Assembly: GCF_001412615.1 (NCBI RefSeq)
Contig: NZ_CP013011.1
Span: 1,230,001-1,262,000, forward strand
Direction of reading: 5' to 3'
DNA: 32,000 bases
DNA from: Pyrodictium delaneyi
Lineage (GTDB): Archaea; Thermoproteota; Thermoprotei_A; Sulfolobales; Pyrodictiaceae
In this document: one piece after another, positions 1 through 7,359 of the stretch
How the letters are laid out: each line of letters opens with the position of its first letter
Numbering within the stretch: position 1 is the stretch's first letter
Program-made: the position numbers and the translations under genes
The notes under the pieces: generated by a model
Databases searched by the model: none
What the model saw: only the letters and a program-made list of their open reading frames with translations
What the model was told of the DNA's origin: nothing

Positions 1-2185
1 CTATGTAGTTTATCGGGGTAGTATAGTCGCTCGCGTCGAAGAACGACGCGTACCCGTAGTGCGGTATAAACAGTGATGTCGCCGTCAGTGTTAGGCCTAG
101 CGACGGTATCCAGACATAGGTTATCGAGCCGTCGCTGGCTATGGTGTCGTCGCGTGTGCCGGAGTAGCCCGGCGCAACCTCCTCCGTGATGAATATCATC
201 TCTGTGAGGCCGTTACCGTCGGTATCGGCTAGGAAGAAGTATGGATCTAGACCGCCGGTGACACCCGGTACGAAGCGGTAGATTGCTATCTCGCCGCCGC
301 TGCCGCTGAACCTGTCTATCCTGACGTATATGCTCGCGGCGGCCGACTGGCTAGCCGATGTAACGTTGTACAGCCATCCACTATAGTAGTAGAACCCGAA
401 CGCGTCTGTATCGTTTAGAAGCTGGTCTATATAGCTGTAGTACACTCTTAGGCTGCCCTTCGGGACGTTAACGCTGACAAACTTCAACTTATACGGGAAC
501 TTGTTCACGAACACGTAGCCGGATGACCCGGAGGCCTCGGAGACCCACCACCTACCCCTGCCAGACCCGGTAGTGCCCGCAGCCGTCTCGCCTACCAGGC
601 TGCCGGAGTCCACTAGTGTAGCGTTGTACACCGTTACAGTGCCGCTGAGTATCTCGCCGACGCCGTCGCTGTAAGTCGTGTTGCTCGACACAAGCTCGAG
701 GTAGCTGACACTGTACTCGAAGTAGTAGTCCTGGCTGCTACTCGTATCGTTGTAGGCTACGAGGAGCCTGCAGGGGCTTTCAGCCGTCCCGGCTACTACG
801 TCGAGCCCAGTACTGGAGGCGTTGACGTATATTATCGAGGACGAGGGGCAGTACAACATGCCGTAGAGCTCGTAGTTAGGCGAGGGCACAGCCTTAAGCA
901 CTGCGTAGAGCCCGTAGTCGTAGTCAGCTATGTCTATGCCCCCGGCTAGTACGTCGAAGCTTGCGCCGTCGAGTACTAGCTCGAAGGACGGTTTCCTCGC
1001 AGCATTCATAGATGATAGCGTCATGTTGTATAGTACTTCCTCTATACGCTCAGCGGTAGCGCCGCCGCTACTCCAGCATAGCTTGATGAAGTTACCGCTA
1101 GCAGTCTCGCCGCTGGAGACGAATACTCTCCCAAACCAGCCGAGCCGGAGGCCCTCCAGCTCGTCGTCATCGTCGGTCGACGCGCCCGACGGGTACGCGA
1201 CGCTGCCAAAGTACGACGCCATACAGAATACGCGCTCGCCGTCGCCGAGCTCGATATACATGAGCATTGGCCGGGGCTGCAGGATAGGATCCGGCGCTAG
1301 CGCGTACGCAGACACCATGACTGATACTGGTATTAGGGGCTTGCTATAGTCGCCGCCAGCACCACCTACAATACTGGATCCGGCAACAACAACAGCATTC
1401 GACATGAACACCTTCGAGAGCTCAAGGTAGTCTATATACGGCATAAAGGCGCCCTCAACATAGCTATAAGTCCCCGAGACAGACTCGTCATCGTCACCGC
1501 TCGCACTCAGCGAATAGCCATAGTAGCACGCAGACTTCATAACGCCACTATAGAGTATAGACGTATTCGTGGTATCCGACGTGAGGTTAGTCGTCAACAC
1601 CACGTCAGGATTCTCGGTAAGATCAAGCAGAGTAGTGGCATTAGAGAACGTGAAGTAGGTGCCCTTAAGGCTCTGCGCCACAGCAGCCTCCTGTGCAAAC
1701 TGCGCTACAGTAGACGCGTACACAGGAGCATAGCCACCAGAAGCAGTAGCAACACCCAGAAGCTTACCACCGCCAATACGCACCTCAAACACGCCGCCAG
1801 GCGCCATAACCACCTCCGGACCCCTAGCAGACGCGTCCCGGACCAAGTCGACATCAACACTCACATTACCAACCACACAGCCCTCCAGACAACCACCAGG
1901 CCGGAACACAAGCACATCGCCAGAATCACTCTTCACAACAAGCACAGCAACACGCACATCCCCGGCCTCAAGATTCTCAACACGGTAGACAACAGGAGGC
2001 CCCGTATCAGTCAACGTAATATTAAGCCGAGGCACAGTAGCCCTAAGCTTCTCCCCCAGCCCGACAACCACCAAGTTAGCAACACTAGTAGAACTAAGCA
2101 CACTAGACACTACAAACGGCATCACAGCTACCAACAGGAAACTCAACACAATAAGCCCAGCAACAGCGTTAGACAAACCACGCAT
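1..2185 (-). CDS. Large secreted/cell-surface glycoprotein with an archaeal class III (type IV pilin-like) signal peptide. The 5' end is complete and the 3' end runs off the window (>728 aa).
   Basis: This ORF is absent from the supplied track because it has no stop inside the window. My manual minus-strand translation from the ATG (complement of 2183-2185) to position 1 is open. The N-terminus MRGLSNAVAGLIVLSFLLVAVMPFVV has a short basic n-region, a G|LS site and a hydrophobic helix. There are more than 10 N-x-S/T sequons (NITL, NVSV, NATT, NLTS, NTSI, NMTL, NASS, NDTS, NTTY, NATL, NVTS). Only one weak 139-aa antisense ORF lies on the + strand across these 2.2 kb. Confidence 0.7.
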   Translation of the reverse strand, partial: MRGLSNAVAGLIVLSFLLVAVMPFVVSSVLSSTSVANLVVVGLGEKLRATVPRLNITLTDTGPPVVYRVENLEAGDVRVAVLVVKSDSGDVLVFRPGGCLEGCVVGNVSVDVDLVRDASARGPEVVMAPGGVFEVRIGGGKLLGVATASGGYAPVYASTVAQFAQEAAVAQSLKGTYFTFSNATTLLDLTENPDVVLTTNLTSDTTNTSILYSGVMKSACYYGYSLSASGDDDESVSGTYSYVEGAFMPYIDYLELSKVFMSNAVVVAGSSIVGGAGGDYSKPLIPVSVMVSAYALAPDPILQPRPMLMYIELGDGERVFCMASYFGSVAYPSGASTDDDDELEGLRLGWFGRVFVSSGETASGNFIKLCWSSGGATAERIEEVLYNMTLSSMNAARKPSFELVLDGASFDVLAGGIDIADYDYGLYAVLKAVPSPNYELYGMLYCPSSSIIYVNASSTGLDVVAGTAESPCRLLVAYNDTSSSQDYYFEYSVSYLELVSSNTTYSDGVGEILSGTVTVYNATLVDSGSLVGETAAGTTGSGRGRWWVSEASGSSGYVFVNKFPYKLKFVSVNVPKGSLRVYYSYIDQLLNDTDAFGFYYYSGWLYNVTSASQSAAASIYVRIDRFSGSGGEIAIYRFVPGVTGGLDPYFFLADTDGNGLTEMIFITEEVAPGYSGTRDDTIASDGSITYVWIPSLGLTLTATSLFIPHYGYASFFDASDYTTPINYI

Positions 2186-2369
2186 ACCAGACACGCCCCA
2201 GAGTATAACAAGAAACTATACCACACCTATACACCTTATTATCACCAACCCCACACAAACAAAAACAAACACAAACACACACGCCGACAAAAACACCACC
2301 CCACCCACAGCAGCCCAAATAAACCCCAGCCCAACAACCACAAGCCAACAAACACGGAACACCAGAGAA

Positions 2370-2480
2370 GGGGCCGTCGTCTAGCTTGGTAGGATGCCAG
2401 CCTGGGGACGCACCCCGCCGCCCCCAGGGCGGGCGCCAGAGCGCTGGTGGTCCCGGGTTCAAATCCCGGCGGCCCCACCA
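2370..2480 (+). tRNA. tRNA-Pro (anticodon GGG) with a 34-nt intron (2408-2441) at the canonical 37/38 position; CCA is encoded.
   Basis: The cloverleaf was folded by hand.
- Acceptor stem: GGGGCCG (2370-2376) pairs with CGGCCCC (2470-2476), followed by discriminator A and CCA.
- D stem: GUCU/GGAU.
- Anticodon stem: CCAGC (2397-2401) pairs with GCUGG (2443-2447).
- Anticodon loop: CU-GGG-G, with G37 as expected for Pro.
- T arm: CCGGG-UUCAAAU-CCCGG.
- The intron contains CCCCAGG (2422-2428), complementary to the anticodon region CCUGGGG. This is typical of archaeal bulge-helix-bulge introns. Confidence 0.8.
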
Positions 2481-2819
2481 TTGCTAAACAATTAAACCCT
2501 AATCTCCTCCTCGTTCTCCCTGGCGTTTGTGTAGCTTCGGGCTCTTGCCGTCTCTCCTGTCTTGTTGTGGTTTTGCAGCGGCTTTGTGGTTGTGACTGGT
2601 TGTGCTGGAGAAGGAGGACTTCTTTCCCCGGGGCCCCGGGGAGCTGCCACCAGCTACCGCGGGGTGTATCGCGTCGTATCTGGCTCTGGGCGTGTGTCGG
2701 GTGCGCGTGGTCTTGGCGTGTTTTCTCGTGGCCTAGGGGGCTGGGGTGCCGAGGAGGCCGGGGCGAGGTGCAGCGTGCTGGGCTTGCTGGAGGCGTGGCC
2801 TGCGAGGCAGCTTGGCGTC

Positions 2820-3526
2820 ATGGCTGGCGTGGAAGCGGTGCCTAGGCCGAGTGGTAGGGGGTTTGCTGAGGCCTGTGGGCTTCTGGCGTTCGTCTACGGC
2901 GACGGCGTGGTGGAGGTGCGTGTGAAGAAGACTAGGGTGCTGGTGGTGGCTAGGGTCAATACGCCTAGGGTTGCGACGCTGTTCGCCGGGGCTCTACGGA
3001 TAATGGTGTTCGCTGGGAGGAGGAGTATGGGCTCTGCGTTCTGCTCTGATGGCCGGCCGGGGCTGAACATGTGCTTCAAGGCGCCGCTGGATCTTGACGC
3101 GCTGAGGAGCCTAGGGCTCGGCGGCATCGCTGAGGGCAAGGCCGGTGTGCGTAGCGACCTAATGCGGTGCCTGGAGTCCGGCTCCGGGGCGCTCTACAGC
3201 GTGGTGGCGGGCTCATCGACAGCGAGGGGCATGTGCGCTCAAAGGCGAGCATTATAGAGATAGGTATGAAGGATGCCGAACTCCTCACGGCCCTCTACGA
3301 GCGGCTCCGCGGCGAGGGCTTCAACGTGGCCGGGGTCAGGGTGCGCGGCGACGGGGTGGCTATGCTGAGGCTGTCGCTGAGCACTGCGGACGGGGACAGG
3401 GCCCGGAGGCTAGTCAACGCCATCTACGAGCCGGGCAAGAGGCTGCTGGCTGCGAGGATGCTGGTACCGAGCTGGCCCGGCGCGGCGGCCCCTACGAGGA
3501 GGCCGTCGAGGCAGTGCGGGCCATAG
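2820..3526 (+). pseudogene. I-DmoI-like double-motif LAGLIDADG homing endonuclease gene disrupted by a 1-nt frameshift at 3209-3212. A further frame change near 3450-3500 may extend it to 3738.
   Basis: Motif 1 is GLLAFVYGDGVV, starting from the in-frame ATG at 2820 of the 2562..3257 ORF. Motif 2 appears only when frame 1 (..ALYSVVAG) is joined to frame 2 (LIDSEGHV..), which gives VVAGLIDSEGHV about 108 aa downstream. The following segment, IEIGMKDAELLTALYERLRGEGFNVAGVRVRGDGVAMLRLSL, resembles the second I-DmoI lobe. Frame 2 is closed by stops at 3095, 3131 and 3152, so a frameshift is required. Confidence 0.6.
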
Positions 3527-3685
3527 CCCGGCGGCTAAGGGCGGCGATGTACAGGGAGAGGGCTGGCTGCAAGGAGTGCGCGGAGACGGTCAAGCACGAG
3601 GCCCTAGCCCTGGCCTCCACGGCCCGGTGGGCCGACGAGCAGGGGGAGGACCAGCCCCAGTCCTCCCCCTCCCACAAGCCACACC

Positions 3686-4309
3686 ATGCACAGCTCCGTG
3701 CGGGGTGCTGGGTCTATGCGTGCCCAGCTGCAGGCTAGCGAGGAGACCTGTAGCCTCGCAGTCCGGTTCCTCGACCCGCTCCCCGAGGCCGCGAGGCGGG
3801 CCCTCGAGAAGGGCGGGCTGGCCCGGCTACGGCTCCGCGGGAAGTGCTTCTCGGGTGTGCTCTACCTGGCGGGCCGCCTCGAGGGCGACGTGCTGGCTGC
3901 CGAGGTGTTCCCTGTCGGCGGCGAGTGCCGCCTAGGTGCCTCCACCAGCTGCACCGTCGAGGTAGAGGAGCTACGGGCCGTGGGCCTCGAGGAGCTGTGG
4001 CGGGGCACCCGCGGCCTCATCCCACCGGCAGTGGACACGCTGGAGCTCCTCGCCGAGGCGGGCGCGGCAGCCGCGGCCTACGCTGGGCTCTCCACGTGGC
4101 CGGCGTGCGACGAGCCCATGCTCTGGGAGGCGCGCGTGGACGGCGACTGCCTAGAGGTCGAGGGCCCCCTCCTATGCACGCCATACCTCCGGGCAGTGCT
4201 CGAGAAGCGCGGGGACGAAGAGGCCTCGAGGGAGGAGGACGAGTGGGTGACTATAGCCCAGGGTGTAGAGCTGAGGGTGTGTAGGGATGGTGTGATACGG
4301 ATCCGGTAG
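3686..4309 (+). CDS. Hypothetical protein (207 aa) with no motif I recognise.
   Basis: This is the longest and most protein-like of several overlapping ORFs in very GC-rich DNA. The alternative frames (3576..3935, 3844..4284) are R/G/P-rich junk. Confidence 0.4.
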   Translation: MHSSVRGAGSMRAQLQASEETCSLAVRFLDPLPEAARRALEKGGLARLRLRGKCFSGVLYLAGRLEGDVLAAEVFPVGGECRLGASTSCTVEVEELRAVGLEELWRGTRGLIPPAVDTLELLAEAGAAAAAYAGLSTWPACDEPMLWEARVDGDCLEVEGPLLCTPYLRAVLEKRGDEEASREEDEWVTIAQGVELRVCRDGVIRIR

Positions 4310-4495
4310 CTGTTTCTTGCTCCACTAAACGTAGACATGATACGTAGTATTACGGGGGAGGCTTGCCCGAGAGAATGGCAAGCCTGATTGCGTAGAGAGG
4401 TTTGTATTGGTTACCGGTTATTCACGGTACTACCTGGCTAATATCTTATCTTAGCCGCCATATTGACGCGTAGTTGACCAGGCTGGGTCTCAGTC

Positions 4496-5689
4496 TTGAC
4501 TATAGGGGGAACAGCTACGGAGAAGAATACAAACATAGAAAGAAGGCTTACAAATCTTGTGCGCGACAGAACTGCATTGAGGGCTCTCCTGCACGCGGTG
4601 AGTCGGGTCGAGGAACTTAACCACTCCGAGTTCCCGGTGGCCGTGGAAGCCGTGGGTCTAACTGGCTCAGCTCTACGCATAGAGGATGCTGGCGATATTG
4701 ATGTGGTGCTTGCTTGCCGCCATAGAGAGGAACGTATGAAGGAATGGTGGGAGTTCGACCAGATACTACGGAAGAGCGTACTTATGCTACTAGAGATGGC
4801 CTATGAGCTTAGCTACGAGACCGGCAGGGCCACGATGGAGGCCTTGACCAGGATATATAGAGCAGAGCTGCTAGAACTAGGGTTCAAGGAGAAATGGCTC
4901 AACAACTGGCTTCCTTTTCTCACCATATCCTGGCTACGCTATGTAGCTAGGCTCCCCGCCGTGCCCCGACTAAGGCCAGTAGGGCTCCTAGATAGGTTTG
5001 TCAGAAAGGGGTGGAGCGGGAAAAGACTCGAGATACATGTAGACCCACTTGACGAGGGCTGCAGGTCGTCAAGACTAGCTACCGGCGTACCCTACATCGT
5101 GCTGTGGAAGAGGGGCCAGGGCTTCGTAGAGCCTAGCAGAGAGGAGCTAGACCGTTTCCTACGAGCCGAGCATCAGAAACTAAAACACCTCGTAAAAGCC
5201 CTAATTGAGCGGGACGTTTCCACTCTTCCCACAGCCTACATGGATATCCTAGGAGCCCTAGAAGCAGAAGAGCCCGTCTGCCCACCCTTCACGCCGCAGG
5301 AATGGTGTACGGCCACGGCGAGGCTCTACAGCGAGGCCAAGCGCCTACTAATCCAGCGCTACAATTACCTCGTAGAACTAGCAAACACAGAACACTGTGA
5401 CACAAGAGAGCTTTCAGAGCTAAACAGGAAGCTGTCAGCTACACTCAAGGAGCTAGAAGCCCTAAGCTACATAGTAAACACGTTATCCAACAGCCGCGCA
5501 CTAGATAAAATAGTAGAGAACATAATATACGGCGCGAAGTCTAAGGCGTCCTTTGGGTCGTTTCTCCAAGAGCTAAAGAATTACCTTATACGCAATGGCT
5601 CTAGAATAGGAGTGAGACGCAAACACCTCCATAAACTCCTAGAAGACTTAACCAGTAAGGCAACTACCATCACATCACCTGGACGCTAG
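4496..5689 (+). CDS. Pol-beta superfamily nucleotidyltransferase domain protein with a roughly 320-aa alpha-helical C-terminal extension (397 aa).
   Basis: An N-terminal helix is followed by the minimal NTase signature GLTGSALRIEDAGDIDVVL, that is G57-S58 ... D67-x-D69, with the DID codons at 4694-4702. The remainder is helical or coiled-coil-like. The gene is visibly more AT-rich than its flanks. Confidence 0.7.
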   Translation: MTIGGTATEKNTNIERRLTNLVRDRTALRALLHAVSRVEELNHSEFPVAVEAVGLTGSALRIEDAGDIDVVLACRHREERMKEWWEFDQILRKSVLMLLEMAYELSYETGRATMEALTRIYRAELLELGFKEKWLNNWLPFLTISWLRYVARLPAVPRLRPVGLLDRFVRKGWSGKRLEIHVDPLDEGCRSSRLATGVPYIVLWKRGQGFVEPSREELDRFLRAEHQKLKHLVKALIERDVSTLPTAYMDILGALEAEEPVCPPFTPQEWCTATARLYSEAKRLLIQRYNYLVELANTEHCDTRELSELNRKLSATLKELEALSYIVNTLSNSRALDKIVENIIYGAKSKASFGSFLQELKNYLIRNGSRIGVRRKHLHKLLEDLTSKATTITSPGR

Positions 5690-5989
5690 GTTACTTGATA
5701 TACTGCTACATACTTATTAGTGAGCGGCTCCATTCTACATTTATGTCATCAACATTGAAGCCCAGGGTATGCATTGCTGCTGCACTCTAGTGTTTCAGTA
5801 TGAAATAGAAATTTATATATCTCAGGCCTTATAGCTTTGTGACGGATTCCCTTGCCGTGCACATGCTCCCCTATACTACACAATTAACTCCTATTATGCC
5901 CGCTCTGGGAAGCTCGTTAGGAATGTGGCGTTGTTCGCTGAATGCGCGGCTCCTGCGGTTATCGTGGGGTGGCGTGTCTATGCTAGAGG

Positions 5990-6745
5990 CTATGCCTGGG
6001 TTACGTGTATGGATATCTTTGCAAGGCATCCGTTATGGCTCCGCAGCTTCTTGAGGGTGTCTTCTACTCTGTGGTCGGTAGTTAGTAGTACTATTTCGCT
6101 GGCATTGCTCGTTATTTCTCTCTCTAGGGTGCAGAGGCTTAGCAGTACAGCTACGTCCTCTCTATCCTTTAGCTTGGATTGTTCTGCTAGCCGTGTGGCA
6201 GTTCGTGCTAGTGCTGTATAGTCTTCTCCTACACCGATTGTACAGCCCAGAGTGTTCTCCAAGTAGTGGTTCAGTACATGCTCTATGCTCGCTGCGAGGG
6301 AGTGTATGGGTCCCGTTGACGAGGCGGCGCGCAGCCAGAAGTAGAGGGTGTCAAGCAGCCCAATGGTGTGCCGTGTGTTATCTAACAGTACTAGCAGCTT
6401 CTCTAGGAGGAGGCCTGCGCTCTGTCTCGGAGAGGGTGCGGTGTGGATGGCCCGTAGGGCTGTGTAGAGTAGAACATCCTCCATGCCTTGCCGCGCCGCT
6501 TCGAGGAGCCTGAGTGCTTGCTGTATGCTCTGCCTGCGGCTATGACGGGGAAACAGTGTTAACACGGCTTGCTTAATGTTCCTATAGTTCTCTAGGAAGT
6601 ACCGTATGCTGTTCTGGAGCCGGTGCCGGAACACTTGGAGCACTGCACGGGTGACGATGCATCGGCCACCACTGGTAAGCTGGGCTAGATGGGGAAGGAG
6701 TGGTGCTCTGGCGTACACCCCTACGTCGAGGGCGTAGAGCTTCAA
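5990..6745 (-). CDS. PIN/NYN-like nuclease-fold protein with a large helical insert (251 aa).
   Basis: The N-terminal strand MKLYALDVGVY carries Asp7. The C-terminal part DREDVAVLLSLCTLEREITSNASEIVLLTTDHRVEDTLKKLR matches the PIN pattern D..hhhA.A....hhhT.D. The TTG start overlaps the upstream stop (TTGA at 6742-6745). Confidence 0.55.
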   Translation of the reverse strand: MKLYALDVGVYARAPLLPHLAQLTSGGRCIVTRAVLQVFRHRLQNSIRYFLENYRNIKQAVLTLFPRHSRRQSIQQALRLLEAARQGMEDVLLYTALRAIHTAPSPRQSAGLLLEKLLVLLDNTRHTIGLLDTLYFWLRAASSTGPIHSLAASIEHVLNHYLENTLGCTIGVGEDYTALARTATRLAEQSKLKDREDVAVLLSLCTLEREITSNASEIVLLTTDHRVEDTLKKLRSHNGCLAKISIHVTQA

Positions 6746-7359
6746 AGCATCTGGCTGGCCTCCTCTAGCCTCTGGAGCCCGGCGAGGTGCTCGGCTAGTA
6801 TCTCCTCGGCTACCCGGGGTAGCTGCTTGACTATGTCTAGGCGCCTCTGCCTCGCTAGTACGGCTAGTGCTGCTAGGAGGGCTACGGCTTTTCGCGAGAC
6901 ATGTATGTGCTCCACATGTTCTACGGAGGTGAGGTATAGTGTCTTGACCGCTGTCAGCGTCATTAGTATCGGCTCTATCTCGGCGAGTTCGCGGCCGCCA
7001 GTATAGCGTCTATAGACGTCCTCATACAGCTCGTCGACGCGTGCTGCGAAGAGCCTAGCCTGTTCCCGGACGTAGCTCTCGACATCGATATACTCGAGAA
7101 GGTGCTTAATGCTTTGGGTCTCCTCCCCCTGTGTGAGTTCCTCTATAATCTCCTCGGCTCTCCTGACAGCTTCCCAGCCGCTGCACGGCGTGGAGGACGT
7201 ATAGCTCTCCTCCAGGCGCTCTACTAGCCGGCGGGCTAGCTCTCGGAGCCGATGCTCCACCTCCTCCCGGATAATCTCCTCGTGCTCCTCCGGCTCCCCC
7301 AGCACGCTGCCTAGCAGGCTAGCGCCTAGCAGAGCCTCGGGCGCCGTGCTACTGCTCAA
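6742..7359 (-). CDS. Acidic, all-helical hypothetical protein (205 aa), the middle gene of the Panacea operon.
   Basis: This is an intact ORF that overlaps both neighbours (11 nt upstream, 4 nt downstream). It is rich in E, R and L. An alternative GTG start lies at 7305. Confidence 0.6.
   Translation of the reverse strand: MSSSTAPEALLGASLLGSVLGEPEEHEEIIREEVEHRLRELARRLVERLEESYTSSTPCSGWEAVRRAEEIIEELTQGEETQSIKHLLEYIDVESYVREQARLFAARVDELYEDVYRRYTGGRELAEIEPILMTLTAVKTLYLTSVEHVEHIHVSRKAVALLAALAVLARQRRLDIVKQLPRVAEEILAEHLAGLQRLEEASQML

Noticed and set aside
930-1349. A 139-aa + strand ORF.
   Set aside because: It lies entirely antisense within the long open minus-strand glycoprotein frame. Its product is S/P/A-rich, with no start context.
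2169-2481. Two minus-strand ORFs (97 and 79 aa) spanning the tRNA and the CA-rich tract.
   Set aside because: They are antisense to a well-folding tRNA and run through low-complexity GT-rich sequence. Their products are G/W/C/V-rich nonsense.
2447-2819. ORF 2447..2845 and the first 86 codons of ORF 2562..3257.
   Set aside because: They are translations of the G+T-skewed, nearly A-free spacer (G/R/V/C/W-rich). Recognisable protein sequence only starts at the ATG at 2820.
3576-4338. Overlapping ORFs 3576..3935, 3844..4284 and 4078..4338(-).
   Set aside because: They are alternative frames of very GC-rich DNA, where stop codons are rare. Their products are R/G/P/A-rich and less protein-like than 3686..4309.
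4359-4385. A perfect 9-bp hairpin, aggcttgcc-N9-ggcaagcct, between ORF 3686..4309 and the NTase gene.
   Set aside because: It has no adjacent oligo-T tract, and archaeal terminators are T-tracts rather than hairpins. I found no second copy. It cannot be tied to a function from sequence alone.
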